The position numbers and the translations under genes were made by a program. A stretch of DNA of 62,207 nucleotides, filler included, from Globobulimina sp. (taxonomy: Eukaryota), in the NCBI GenBank assembly GCA_003354225.1. It is 29 parts of 29 records of this genome, joined end to end, with 100 filler letters (N's around TTAATTAATTAA, not from the genome) between each part and the next. Parts side by side here need not be neighbours in the genome. Positions count along the whole stretch, not along the records: positions 38,685 to 40,732 come from PIVH01009442.1; positions 40,833 to 42,880 come from PIVH01009443.1; positions 42,981 to 45,028 come from PIVH01009444.1; positions 45,129 to 47,176 come from PIVH01009445.1; positions 47,277 to 49,324 come from PIVH01009446.1; positions 49,425 to 51,472 come from PIVH01009447.1; positions 51,573 to 53,619 come from PIVH01009448.1; 22 more parts are not named here. One strand, 5' to 3'. Numbering within the stretch: position 1 is the stretch's first letter; each line of letters starts with the position of its first letter. The notes beneath the pieces are model-generated. The model was not told where the DNA came from and made no database searches. It saw nothing but the letters and a program-made list of their open reading frames with translations. This document shows, piece after piece, positions 38,886 through 51,929 of this stretch.

Positions 38886-39770
38886 TCACCTTCCTCTTTG
38901 CCGATCAAAATGAACTCTTAATTTTGTCCATGCACCATTTGCACCATTCACGTCGACTCGATTGACCATCCTATCTCCACTTTTCCCGTCTCCTTCAACA
39001 AATCTAATATACTTTGGACAACATCCTCGACTTTGTAATCTGCAAAATATTGCACCATCATCAGATGTTTCTAAATCCTTCACAACCCATTGAGATGATA
39101 CATCAGACAAACTCTGTCCATTGAAATCACCTACCGGATCTGTGCGAGAGTTCAAAACAACTCTCATCAAACCAGTACCGCGTCCTTGAAATGCTTCTGA
39201 TTTGATTATCACTGCTTGATTATTACCTGCAAATGTGTAAGGTGGTCCCACAGACACCGTGCATGGTTGCTGTGGCACAGGTGCAGGCAACAGTCTTGCT
39301 TCAGTTGCTGGATCTTCTGACGTCGACTCTTTTGGTATGCAGCCAACATACTCACATGCAACTCTACCACCTGTACCAGATAAAACACCTGCAGCATATC
39401 CAACAGGCATCCCGGCACATACACCCCCGATCACGCAAAGAAGACCGGCACCTGCCCCATTAAGTTCACCTCCACTGCACGTGCATTTGCCGAGTGTTCG
39501 CTTAGCTTCGCCAAATGCCCCTAATTTATGTACACATCCGCAAACAAATCCGACTGGACAGCACAATCCTGCGGTGATTCCACAGCAGGTTCCACCAATT
39601 TGACACAGTGCACACGCGGCTTCACCTGTTGTGACAGATTGAGTTACCAATGCAGTTTGCGCATGTGCTAATAGCCTTCTTGGCGATCGTTTGGTTTTTG
39701 ATTCACCATTTGCTACGTTTAATTGGGACCAGATCGATAACGTTATCACGAGATTGAGAATACTTTTCAT
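38886..39770 (-). CDS. Secreted Cys/Gly-rich protein with a possible beta-trefoil-like C-terminal domain
   Basis: Signal MKSILNLVITLSIWSQLNVANG; Cys/Gly-rich core; SQWVV..CRLQS..KYIR..VDVNG.NGAWT. Confidence 0.5.
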   Translation of the reverse strand: MKSILNLVITLSIWSQLNVANGESKTKRSPRRLLAHAQTALVTQSVTTGEAACALCQIGGTCCGITAGLCCPVGFVCGCVHKLGAFGEAKRTLGKCTCSGGELNGAGAGLLCVIGGVCAGMPVGYAAGVLSGTGGRVACEYVGCIPKESTSEDPATEARLLPAPVPQQPCTVSVGPPYTFAGNNQAVIIKSEAFQGRGTGLMRVVLNSRTDPVGDFNGQSLSDVSSQWVVKDLETSDDGAIFCRLQSRGCCPKYIRFVEGDGKSGDRMVNRVDVNGANGAWTKLRVHFDRQRGR

Positions 39771-40903
39771 TTTTTTATTTGCTGATGAAGCTTCAATTGT
39801 ATTTAAAATAGAAAAGCTGTATAAAACGTCATCCATTATGAGCGATTATGCGAACTCAACATCAATAATTGCAGCTGCATGAGCAGTAGTAGTGTGATTG
39901 AATAATTTGAACTAAAAAAACCTCTTCGAAATACACCAGCCATGTCTGCCTTATCTTGTTCAATCAAATTCCGACATTTATTAAACATCGCTGAATGTCA
40001 TCAATTGCTGCATGTCAAAGTTAACAACAAGATATGGCAAAAGTTTCATTGGATTATTGTTATTCAATTCGTGGTCTCCGAATGTTAAACATTGACAAAA
40101 TCGACATGTTGTCTGATAATTTTGTCGGTGAAATCGCCTCTTATTTACATCAAAGAGACTATGGTAAAAACTAGATTTATTTTGAATTGCGATATCAATT
40201 ATTCCGCACAATGTAAGTCATAGATGGTGGTGAGGAACACCACGAACTGAAAGAAAAAAATGAAAAAATTGGAAAAAAAGAAGGAAAGGATTGGTGGTTA
40301 TAAGCCACCACAGATTGAATAGAAAAATTGGAAAAAGAAAAAAGAAAAAAAAGGAATTTGGAAAGAAAGGATTTGGGGTCTTGGATGACCACGGATTGGA
40401 TGAAAAAATAAGCTCGGAAATTATCTTTTTAATTGTCAATTTTTTAGTGATTATACTGAAGAGAATGAACGATTTTTTATTGGTGGATTACAACAATTTA
40501 ATTTCCTCTCCATTCATCATATCAAAGCCAAACAAGAATATTCTGCATTCATTAAACCCATTAGTTTATTGGCTATGATGTTTACTGGATTTCCCTTTGA
40601 AATATCTTGTGTGAAGAAGATCGATATGCACTGTTTATCATTATTATTATTAAATAATTTATCATTTAATATATTTGAGGATGAATCAATACAAAAAGCA
40701 TCAGATATTCCTCTTTATATTTGTAATTTTTTNNNNNNNNNNNNNNNNNNNNNNNNNNNNNNNNNNNNNNNNNNNNTTAATTAATTAANNNNNNNNNNNN
40801 NNNNNNNNNNNNNNNNNNNNNNNNNNNNNNNNCTCAAACATGAGGGATATTTTGGCTCCATCGGCGTGATGCTGCTGCCTGACAATGAATTGCAAGACGA
40901 CTA

Positions 40904-41452
40904 GAATTTAAATTAATTTCCATATCGACGGTCATATTAATTACAATGCTGATATCAGCGGTTGATGCTCTCCCTGCCACTCAACGATGGAAAGTAATAA
41001 TTTCAGCACTGAATGGCGTTTTGTGTTGGTGTCTGTCCATAGCATATCAATTTTTTAGCTCCGAAGAAGATGATTATAAAATATATATATCAATGACTAA
41101 TGCCACATTGTCATTACATTCGATGTTGTCGAGCACTTCGAGAATTTTGGCAATTTTCTTTACAAAACAAGCAATTTTAGCAATCATTCGAAGTGAAAGA
41201 GCTGTGATAATGAAATATGCGCCGTTTATAAAATGGAGTGATAATGAAATAAATTTGATTGGTGGCGATAAGGACATTGCAATGAAGGAAATATCAAGCG
41301 ACATTATTATTGTTTGTGAGAATGAGCAAGCAAATGAGCTCGAGATTAAACAGATTGAAGTTAAAACATTTAGGCGTAGTCAAGATAATGACAGCACTTC
41401 TTTAGATTCTGTTGAAGTCGAAGATCAAGAAAGTAGTCACTCAACAGAGTAA
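40904..41452 (+). CDS. Membrane protein C-terminal fragment
   Basis: Two hydrophobic segments followed by an acidic tail. Confidence 0.45.
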   Translation, partial: EFKLISISTVILITMLISAVDALPATQRWKVIISALNGVLCWCLSIAYQFFSSEEDDYKIYISMTNATLSLHSMLSSTSRILAIFFTKQAILAIIRSERAVIMKYAPFIKWSDNEINLIGGDKDIAMKEISSDIIIVCENEQANELEIKQIEVKTFRRSQDNDSTSLDSVEVEDQESSHSTE

Positions 41453-41831
41453 AGGTAAAACATTAAGGCGTGGTCAAAATGACAGTAGTTTTTCAAGTTC
41501 AATGTATCGTTTGGAATGTATCGTTGACCTCATTTTCATTGTGGTGATCGGACTTCAACTTTTGTGGTTATATGTAACCAGTGGTTATGTATCAAAACTC
41601 CTCGTTTAAACGTTAAGGCTCAACCGCACTCAAAATAATGTGAGCTCATCTGAACTCATGTGAAATCTGACTAGTTCAGAGCCTCATGTATCTGAATGAG
41701 ACATTTCAAACTACATTCAAATAACAGCAAATCAATTACAAATATAAAAAAAACATAAAAAACAACCAAAACAACAACAAAAATAACACACGCAAAATAA
41801 TAAAAACTAAACAACAAAAAATAATTGAACA

Positions 41832-42620
41832 TTAAGATACTGTCATCTGTATACCTTCGATCTGAATCCCGTCATCTGAACAATGTCCAACATTCTCCTC
41901 AATTAACGATAGTTTTTCTGAACGCATATCGGGTACTGGACCAATGATATTTGCATACATAATATTTCCGTCAGCCGTTCTAAATTGGATTATCTTCTTA
42001 TTATCAAACTGCATCGGAGTCTGATCACTTTCATTTCTTATATTTGAAGAATTTTCAATATATTTTACATATTCGCTGGTTATTTCAATATTAATCGTAA
42101 TAGTCTTTGAACCAAGACTCACATGAAAATGTATTAAATTACGATATTTGTAATTTAATTTATAGAATTCTGCATTTAACGTATTCTGTACTTTGTGAAC
42201 ATAATTTCGTGATATTTCCTCTCCACTGTATGTTGCCCAAAAAAGCAAAATAGCACCAAATATAATCAACATTGGACCGCATATTGCCGATGTCATCCAT
42301 GCTGCTTTGTTATTTGCTTCTAATCCTTTTGAAATTCCAGTGCCTGTCCAGATAATACCTCCACATAATATAAAAAATGCGGTGGGTACTAAATAATTTC
42401 TGGTATTCAATGCAGCCCTCATTTGTTCTGTATCGTCAAATGTTTCACAATTCTGTAATGTATTATAAAATTCTTCCCACATGCGGAGTTCAATTCTGTT
42501 TTCAAATTTTTGTGGTTTGGCCTTTGCAGTGCGACTAAGGTCTTTAAATTGTAATGATTCCCTATCAATATCAAACACAATCCTTTCTTTGTTTGGGTCG
42601 CTACTTTTGTTATTTCCCAT
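41832..42620 (-). CDS. Hypothetical 2-TM protein (MGNNKSS.. start)
   Basis: Intact ORF with two TM helices. Confidence 0.6.
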   Translation of the reverse strand: MGNNKSSDPNKERIVFDIDRESLQFKDLSRTAKAKPQKFENRIELRMWEEFYNTLQNCETFDDTEQMRAALNTRNYLVPTAFFILCGGIIWTGTGISKGLEANNKAAWMTSAICGPMLIIFGAILLFWATYSGEEISRNYVHKVQNTLNAEFYKLNYKYRNLIHFHVSLGSKTITINIEITSEYVKYIENSSNIRNESDQTPMQFDNKKIIQFRTADGNIMYANIIGPVPDMRSEKLSLIEENVGHCSDDGIQIEGIQMTVS

Positions 42621-42980
42621 GTTAAAAATAGTGCAGTTGATTATCAAAAAAAAAGTGTAGTTGAATAGTATAAAGAACCATAAGACCACTCAGAATTTCT
42701 TAGCAAGAATTAATATCAAACATATCAGTTTGTGTTTTATCACATCTTTTATAATTTAATATTTTCCATAATTGTGCTATAGTAACTTCTTTTTTTATCA
42801 TCATATTCACAATTTCTTTCAATTTATTTTCAACCCGTTTGTCGTTAAACGTATAATATATAACATCTCTATTTGATAAANNNNNNNNNNNNNNNNNNNN
42901 NNNNNNNNNNNNNNNNNNNNNNNNTTAATTAATTAANNNNNNNNNNNNNNNNNNNNNNNNNNNNNNNNNNNNNNNNNNNN

Positions 42981-44103
42981 TTACAATTTGCTTTCACTAA
43001 GAACGATTACAACAAATATTGCTCGTGTTTGGATAACATAATCAAACGCAATATATCACATTCCAAACAAACTAATGACATAAACACAGCAAATAATACC
43101 GATACAAATGCCAATGCGAATTTGAATAATTCGTCAAATTTAACAGTGAGACCAACGCCAACCATGCAATCTGTAGCCTCAATGGAAGCAAATATTGACA
43201 TATCATTAGGTTTGCAAATATATATTTTTATATGTTTATTTTTGCATAAACACGTACCGGATCTGTTTATTTTTTTTATATGTTATACTTATACATCTGT
43301 TTACTTTGTATGCTGCACGTACAGATAAGATAGATTTCAATGGGAATATTATCGGGAAAAGAGGTGCTAATATACCCAGAAAAAAAAACAAAGCTGAGAT
43401 AAGATGGAGTTTAGACATTGGTGCTCTGAGTAAAGAAATCAGCTGTAATCCAAAGGAGAAACCATTATTTAAGAAATCACACATTCAAACTCCAACGTTA
43501 ACAAGAATGAGTTTCTATGATGAAGCATTTATGGATGACATAATTCTGGATATCGATGTATCATTACCTGTGGATACCGTTGTTTTTGAGTTTGGCGATG
43601 TTTTATGTACACAAATAGGTGCATTGAAGGGTAAAATGAGTACATTTCTTGCGAGAAAGAGTAGCTCTGCGAAACAAATGTATTTTGGTGGCACGGAGCG
43701 GTTACAGCTGTTACAAGAATGGTTCTATTCCATTGATAAACATAATATGCTTTGTTTTATTGTGTCCAATGAACAAAGTAAAATGATCGTTAATTTGCTG
43801 AATGAGGTTAAATTATTAAGGTATTTTATAAGAATTCACCCAAGTGATACTCGCAAATTATTATCACATATATTTGGATTTGATCATAAAATATTCCATG
43901 AAACAGCTGGTAAAAGACATTTAATGTTATTGAGGATATTACAATCATTGAAACGTGAACATGCTCAAATGTTATATGTTAGCAATGATCGGAAAATCAT
44001 TAAACATATAAATTCAATACAATTATGCAAAACGTATTTAGTGGAAACCAAAGGTTTATTAAAATCGGATTTGGATCAAATAAAGCAAATCATTGATCAA
44101 TGA
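42981..44103 (+). CDS. HAD-like fold protein with degenerate catalytic motifs; intron 43210-43324
   Basis: TVVFEFGDVL (motif I lacks DxD), FIVS, MLYVSND. Confidence 0.5.
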
Positions 44104-44282
44104 CATAGTTTTTTTATTGTTGAATATCATTTCTTTCATATATTTTATATTTATTGTGTACTTTTTATGGTAATTTTATTTTTTATTGAGTAATTGAGTT
44201 ATAATATTATGGTAATTTTATTTTTTCTTCGCTTTCAATTAATTTTTAACTGGGACACTTTAAAAATCCTCTAATTTTAAGC

Positions 44283-45028
44283 ATGTCTGGCAACAAAGAC
44301 TCCCTCGAAGACGAACTGTCAATCATGCAAATGAACATCATGCGTGATTTGGACACATATGGTAATCTTGACCCGTCCAGCAATGCAACTGCACCAATTG
44401 TACGATCCCAAAAGTATCCATATTTGCAAAGTTCACAAACCGAAGCCGATATGGAAATTCACATTAACATTCCACCGACATTGTCACCAACCATCATCTC
44501 ACAATCACAGTTATTACCAAACGACAGTTTCAATCAGCCATTCCCACCCTTACCATCTGCTAAAAAAGCAAAATCCATTAATATTCCAAGCAAAAAACCA
44601 GCCGTCAACGGATGGTGCAAAGCAAATCATTTAAGCGAAAATTATAATCATTTGCCATATATTCAGCCGCCGAGTGTTTTTGTTGACGACACCTCTTCAG
44701 ATAATTCATCCAATGCATATGACAAATATCCCTCCATTCCTTCCTCCGTTCGAACCACACATAAAAAAGCAAGAAAAAAACATAAACATCGCGATCGCTC
44801 CGGTCGGTCTTCGCCCAAATCCGCCATAGTTATTCCACCGAGCATATCCATAGATATTATGGCAAAAACAGTCGTTTCTATAAATTATAAATCCAATGGT
44901 CGACCCTCAACATACTCCGCGTACAGCGATGTATCCTCAAATATGACCCCACGAACTCCCAATAAACAACGACACCGATCCGAAATACCGGATTTTTCTG
45001 TAACTTCGCCGTCGCATAAATCGCGATC
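44283..45028 (+). CDS. Disordered Ser/Pro-rich hypothetical protein, 3' truncated
   Basis: Open frame from ATG to the contig end. Confidence 0.5.
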
Positions 45029-45128
45029 NNNNNNNNNNNNNNNNNNNNNNNNNNNNNNNNNNNNNNNNNNNNTTAATTAATTAANNNNNNNNNNNNNNNN
45101 NNNNNNNNNNNNNNNNNNNNNNNNNNNN

Positions 45129-47085
45129 ATCTTATTATTGATAGTATGAATGTATCATCTTTTTGCTGCCGAGGAGATGGATCATGTTCAGGTGGATATG
45201 TCCGTGGTAATGGAAGTATTGACTATTATGGCAATGGCAATGTAATTTGTAGCGGATTTGATTCCTGCTCATCTATCGGGAATATTAATAATTATGATGG
45301 CAATGTATTTTGTGAGGGATACGGGGCCTGCTATCGATCTCAAATTACCACCGAATCAACGGTATATTGTTCTGGTGCTCATTCGTGTTACGAAACAATG
45401 ATAACTGCAACAAATGTAATATGCTCTGGAACTTACAGTTGTTCTACGGCAAATATTATGAGTCCTGGAAATGGAAATAATGTCATTTTTCAATTCATTG
45501 GGACTTCATCACGCAATCACGCCAATGTACATTGCCAAGAGAGTGATGTTTGTTATATTTTTATGATTCCAGATCCAGATCATGATGGTATGCACTTTTA
45601 TAAACTTTAGTCACACGTACAATAGCATTTTACTATAAATTATCACAGGTATCACACTTGAATGTGATGGAAGGTGTGTTATTCAATGTTATATAAGCTT
45701 AGGATGTGATATAATTGCATGTAATGGACAATGTTTGTACGCACCTGACCCGGTGAGCAGTTTAAAGTGTCCTTCTGTTGAGTTGAACGTATCCATTTAT
45801 TCTGCAGATATCACAGAGCGATCTGTTTTAGAGACATTGGAACAGACTGTCTCATCATTTATTGCTGTATTAAGTGAGGATGCTTCCTATGGCACGCAAT
45901 CTCATGTAAGTGAACAAGGTGAAACAATAAGAATAATACAAGCCATTTTCGATATATTTTATTATTCATATAACAGTACAAACGATGAATTGGATGAACA
46001 GGATTTACAGAATGAATTGGAAAAAGATTTACACTCTGTTTTCCAATCGAATGTTGTGTTACAAACGTTTTCCGTGTCAGACAATGCTGATTGCAATAAT
46101 ATTATGCATCAATCGTGGAAATGGGAGGACGCTACAATAACAACCAAATTCACATTGAGTACCACGGGCGTTGTGGTTATTATTTTATTGGGCATATTTT
46201 TTGCCACTTACTTTTATCAAAAATGCAATGGAAAGAATGATTTTAAGTGGATACCATTTGGCGAATGTCTATGGGAGATATTTCATTTTGTGTCGGATAT
46301 TATGTTTATTATTACAGTGGCAAACTATGCCGCAATCGATCCAACTTATACTATATTTGGAGGTGAACATAATTCATCAGATGTTGTGTTTGGTCTATTT
46401 ATGACAACCATTGCATTGCTTGTTGTGCCTGGGATTATATCCATCATATTGTTGGCAATCAAAATGGATGATTTTGATCCCAATCGAACTGCATTATTGT
46501 ATGTATTATCTATTATTTCAGGAAATTCCTTTACTGCGGTTCGATTTGCCTCGTCTGGATTACTTGCTATTGGAGTGAAAGAAGATAAATCTGTTAATAT
46601 TATATTTCAATTACAGCGATTATGGTGCATTGTTTTATTGCAAGTTTGTTTTTCAATCTGTTTCCCCGATCTGTTTTGTTTTAACTCTGTTATTTGTTCC
46701 ACAGAATATTCCACAAATTGTGATTGAATTTATTTTTTTGGAAATGAAAGAGAATGGCGGCATCAATGATTTCCAGTCATTCATAGCTTTGGGTGTGTCA
46801 TGGACATTTATATTGGAAGTTATCGGTGATATTTGGTCGTGTATATCAGAGCGAAAACAAGTTGCCGCAGAAACAGAATCTAACACAACTGAAATGTTTA
46901 AAGCAACAAAAACAACAAAAGTATCTGCTGAACATTCAAATGAACATTCAAATGAAGCAGAAGCATTTGGAGAAAATGTAAAACCAATTACTAATGAAAC
47001 TTTATTGTGTGGGACATGTGGCCAATATATTGATATCGCCAACTATGGATATCATGTTAAAGATTGTTTAAAATCCGACCCTTAA
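45129..47085 (+). CDS. Cys-rich (CxGxxSC repeat) ectodomain multi-TM surface protein; introns about 45588-45648 and 46643-46704
   Basis: CRGDGSC, CSGFDSC, CEGYGAC, CSGAHSC, CSGTYSC repeats; several TM helices; spliced VLLQNIPQIVIE. Confidence 0.7.
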
Positions 47086-47276
47086 TAATTTTGTGATCAA
47101 CAATAGGCATTTTAATGTTTAATAATTTGTTACTTTTTTTTTGTTTCTTTTTCTTTTTTTTTGTCCGATTTCTTTTNNNNNNNNNNNNNNNNNNNNNNNN
47201 NNNNNNNNNNNNNNNNNNNNTTAATTAATTAANNNNNNNNNNNNNNNNNNNNNNNNNNNNNNNNNNNNNNNNNNNN

Positions 47277-47973
47277 AACACAAAACAAAAAATACTAAGA
47301 CCCGCATTAATGCGAATAAACACAATAAAATAATAAACAGTATAAATGCAATAACAATCCCATGTATCCTATATTTACAAAATAAACTGTTGCCTGTTGT
47401 AATGTATTCCTTTTGCGGAATATTAAATTGTTTCGGATGTTTGGGATCATAAATAATTTTAATTGTATCTCCTTCAGTTAATGTCGCAAATAATTTGTGT
47501 GTAATTCGATGTGTATTTGTTAGCAATGCTTGGAATGTAATGTTTTTTTCATAGAATGATAAAATTACATTTTTTATTACTTGTGGGGTTTCATTGTATA
47601 TGTTTTTAATATATCCAAATACTAATAATTTCGCTTTGTGTGGATCCTCGGCATAACTGAACTGGTAACAAACAGAGAATATTCTGATTCTATCAGTTTT
47701 TGTTAATGATTGTACGACACCATTTGCCACTTTGCCTCGCTTTTCCAATGCAAATTGTTCCAAAATCCTATAGTATATCGAAATAAATGCCATCCAAAAC
47801 AGGACAACTGATATTATATTGAAGACGTTGAAACATTGTATATCAACTGACAGACATTGACTCATTAGGGCTTTCCGATATGTACTGCAAATGTCAAAAA
47901 CTTTTTGAACAGCCTGAAATTTGCAGTACATATCGGAAAGCCCTATTAATTCTAGACAAAAAACTAAGCACAA
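47277..47973 (-). CDS. Hypothetical membrane protein (DUF3592-like layout), 3' truncated
   Basis: TM, GKVANGVV..YQF..GDTIKIIYDPKHP, TM. Confidence 0.5.
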
Positions 47974-48036
47974 TGGGATTGCGAGACAGGTGGGGAACGC
48001 TGGCTTTTTATTATATAGCGAAATAAAACAATGTTT

Positions 48037-49324
48037 TTAGTTTATAGCGCTCCATAGATATGATATTATTTTTGCCATTAACAGAGCAACAACAAAGTCT
48101 CGAATACTATATCTGTCCAATGATAAACCAATCAATTTATAAGCACACGGTTTCTCATCCATTGTTAGTTTTAATTGTGATAATATTTCCAAACACGCTT
48201 TTTGTTTTGAATACACACTTATATATTTACGTAAATCTGCAGTATTTAATTTAATTACATCTGTATTTGCATGCACACTGTTTTTAGTTATTTCATTTAA
48301 TAATCTCTCATCATGCAAATATGCCCTGTCTTTTAATAACATTCCAATCTGTTCAGATATTTTATCTTTTAACGCCTTAAACAATTCCGTCATTTTAAAA
48401 GCAGGCCACAGCATAAACAGCGCAGCAACAAATGCCTGAATTGCAAATATCATAACTTGCAAATAAAAATAAAGCGATATGTTAGTATTAACATTAACGG
48501 CTCGCCAATCTGTAAAAAAACACCAAGTAATAAGGAACCAATAAATAAAAATCATTGTAACCACCCAAAACATTACAAAATAATGCAGTTGATTGCAAAT
48601 AGTGGATATTTTGTGGTACATTTCCAAATATTTGCTGTGAATGTCCAATGATATCATATCATCCAACAACGGTGAGAACTTTGATGAATTCGAGAAAGAG
48701 GTAATTACATTTATGCATTGCGTAAATGATAAAATGTGTAAATAACATTCCGTAAAATGTAAGCGTGCCACACATAACATCAATAAATCCGGTAATAAAC
48801 TAAACAAATAATTGAGTGAGTACCATATAATTTGTTCTCTTTCGTTTGTCACATTGATTGAATAAAATACAATGTTGCTCCATGTAGCACATGCACTGAA
48901 CAGTGAATATAATATGAAAATAGTCAACGAACCGATTCTTAACTGTTTACGGATATTCCTTTTTGTTTTCGCAGATTGGCGTAATAAATGTGAGCAGTTT
49001 GAGGGATTATTGTCTTTTGCTACAATGGATAATCGATAATGCCATATTTTAAAATCAAAATGTTTTGCAAAAAAATAAAGTCTTGCAAAACCACAGCAAA
49101 ATGGAAAGAAATACATTATAAATATGAATATTATCGTTTTATGATTTGCTTCAATGCCGCCGCCGGATTTAATTGTTTTGTAAATGAGAAATATTGGAAG
49201 AGACAATATAATAATAATTGACATACCAACCATTAATATATTAACACATTTATTTCTTTCTGTTGTATAATATGTTGGGAGTATTTTTAGCCATAAATCT
49301 AACATTGGAAATAAAGATATTTCA
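48037..49324 (-). CDS. 7-TM protein resembling gustatory receptor-like (GRL/DUF3537, 7TMIC) channels
   Basis: About 7 hydrophobic helices, a long loop before the last helix, and C-terminal PCAYKLIGLSLDR..IRDFVVALLMAKIISYLW. Confidence 0.55.
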
Positions 49325-49424
49325 NNNNNNNNNNNNNNNNNNNNNNNNNNNNNNNNNNNNNNNNNNNNTTAATTAATTAANNNNNNNNNNNNNNNNNNNN
49401 NNNNNNNNNNNNNNNNNNNNNNNN

Positions 49425-50593
49425 TCTTCAATATATCCATCCAATCCGCTATCAAAATCTGGTGTTTGACTATGTATCTCTTGCAATTGATCATTGTCCT
49501 CTCCATCAATGATAAATTCATCTCTTCCAATATTCCCATCTATGTTATCAGTATCATCCACATCAATTGTAACAACTTTTGGTATTGCTGCCATTTCAAT
49601 GCTATTAATGTGTTCCATCATATGTTTATTATAACACATCTCTCCATGGCCATTCATCCTGTCATTCATTGCCGTTGTATTTCTTGTATTTACAGGGAAT
49701 TGAAATATTCTCGGTTCTGATAACTCAGGTTTACTACTTACAATTGTATTTGATGGGGAATTTACTGTTACATCCACCTTAAGATTATCTGCCACCTCTT
49801 TAATTATTTTGTTCCTTTTTCTTTCAATCATCACACTCAAAATACCCAAAAGTAAGCATGACACCATGCCAATTAATATGGCAGCAATCACGTATACATA
49901 AATACCTGTTGTATGACTTGTATCTGGTCACAAAATGATTGAAAAGCTCTGACACTGAAAAAATATATTTAGGAATGCAAAGGTATTTATACTTGGTGTG
50001 TTTATAGATGATGTTGGTGATATTGTCGGTAATGGATTGCATGTTATCGAAATATCAGTGACTGCAATAGCTTCATCAGCGGAATTTACAGAAATCTCAA
50101 ATCTAATATGGAATAGTTGGTAATACACATATGTAACGTTGTGGCCATCAAATGGCCCTTTTGCCTGCCATCCATCAGAACATATCGCATCCAAACTTGT
50201 GTCTACATATTCCGCACCATTTACAGCACTCAATGTGCCAATAAGAACATCATTGGTATAGAATCTCAAGCGATCGGTTGATTGCGTGTTACAGAATGCC
50301 ACATCAAATGTCACATCCACTGATGATGGCACATTGCAATAAAAGTCTTGTTGCAAGCCAAACATTTCAATGTCAGCATCATTGTCTCCTATATATGGAC
50401 CGTGGAAATTCCGATTTTTTGATGAATCCCATGTTATGATATCAGCGCTGGTCGTAGCAGAGTCATCAGTATATACCCATCCTCTGGGTGGAGCAGTATA
50501 ATAATCATCGTTCCATACATCATTGATTGTGACTGGATAAGTTTGCGAGCAAACATGGATTGCCAGACATGCGACTGTGAATGTTGTTGACAT
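49425..50593 (-). CDS. Type I membrane protein (signal peptide, ectodomain, TM); intron about 49993-49925
   Basis: MSTTFTVACLAIHVCSQ leader; TM IYVYVIAAILIGMVSCLLLGILSVMI. Confidence 0.6.
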
Positions 50594-50661
50594 GGTTGTC
50601 AAGAGGTTCATCTTATAACCATAAAACCTTTTTTATCCTCCCATTTCCTCATCCTTTCAAC

Positions 50662-51369
50662 ATGTCTCAATCGCCAATACAAATTGATGATATTTTATGT
50701 TCTATATTTCAATTCTCAAATCCTTTGGAATTATCATCATCAATATCATTGGTGTGTGGATATTGGAACAAATTAGTATTTAATAATAGATTATTGTGGT
50801 TATTTTATTGTGATTTATTATGGAAAGGTAAATTTTTTATCACCAGAAAAGCAATAAATATTAAACAAAGTGAGCCTACGCAGGCATTTAAAATGTCATA
50901 TCTTGACAGACAACGGAATGTTATCACTGTCAAAGAATTAACTTCCATGAAATGGCATTTTAATTTTAAATTAAAAGTGCATCAAAATACAAATGAAATC
51001 AAACAATTTGTAACATTTCATATTGATGGTACATTAACACATGAAAATATTGATTTTGTTGGGAAAGCATTTAAATGGAAATTTGTTGCGGAAATTATCG
51101 ATACTCGCTGTGGTTTACAAAGGAGTTCGAGATTTAATGGTTTATTTGATTTTGACGTAAATAAAAAAAATTCAACAAATAGTAATCCACAAACGTGCTA
51201 TGGATATAATTGGAATTCATATAATAAGGATGTAATTACCCAATCGCGCTGGATTAAGATCAATAATTTTCAGCCTTTGTGTGCTTTTCGTGATGATAAA
51301 AAATGGGGATGGATATTACAAAACGAACATGTCATATTTACTTCCTATGATAATATTAATAAACATTAA
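50662..51369 (+). CDS. F-box protein
   Basis: IDDILCSIFQFSNPLELSSSISLVCGYWNKLV..LLW. Confidence 0.75.
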   Translation: MSQSPIQIDDILCSIFQFSNPLELSSSISLVCGYWNKLVFNNRLLWLFYCDLLWKGKFFITRKAINIKQSEPTQAFKMSYLDRQRNVITVKELTSMKWHFNFKLKVHQNTNEIKQFVTFHIDGTLTHENIDFVGKAFKWKFVAEIIDTRCGLQRSSRFNGLFDFDVNKKNSTNSNPQTCYGYNWNSYNKDVITQSRWIKINNFQPLCAFRDDKKWGWILQNEHVIFTSYDNINKH

Positions 51370-51660
51370 TTGACGTCTACTTAACTTATGATCTTATACA
51401 TTTATATACGTATACTTTTATTTATATATTAATATTTTTTGCTGTTGGCTCTGTTTTTTATTTTGGTATTTANNNNNNNNNNNNNNNNNNNNNNNNNNNN
51501 NNNNNNNNNNNNNNNNTTAATTAATTAANNNNNNNNNNNNNNNNNNNNNNNNNNNNNNNNNNNNNNNNNNNNTGATAGCTTAAGGAAAGCATCTTATTAA
51601 AGAAGATTTGGGTACAAATCCCAATCATCAACCAACACAAAAACGTTTTTTATATTTTTA

Positions 51661-51873
51661 TTTCATCAATGATTCATCAATGAATCCTTGGATGTCATCA
51701 ATCAAATATAAATCATAGCTAAAAATGCGATCAATATGCAGCGAGTCACTATTGACAGACCTCGGGCTAACGCCCTCGGCCTGTCAATAGTGACTCGCTG
51801 CATATTGATGAATTTTTTGTATGATAGATGACATTCATCAATTTGTTTTATCAATGGATGATCATTGATGAAT
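51661..51873. mobile_element. MITE-like palindromic element: perfect 29-bp arms (51730-51758 / 51781-51809) around a GC hairpin, with imperfect outer arms
   Basis: ATCAATATGCAGCGAGTCACTATTGACAG and its exact reverse complement; outer TTCATCAATGAT / ATCATTGATGAA. Confidence 0.7.
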
Positions 51874-51929
51874 TTTTTACCTTGGGATGTTATATAATTG
51901 ACATACTAATAACTAAAAAATCAATCCTA

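Noticed and set aside
40195-40732. Several Phe/Lys-rich short ORFs (also 4538, 9250, 23928)
   Set aside because: Low-complexity AT-rich intergenic sequence with no domain signal.
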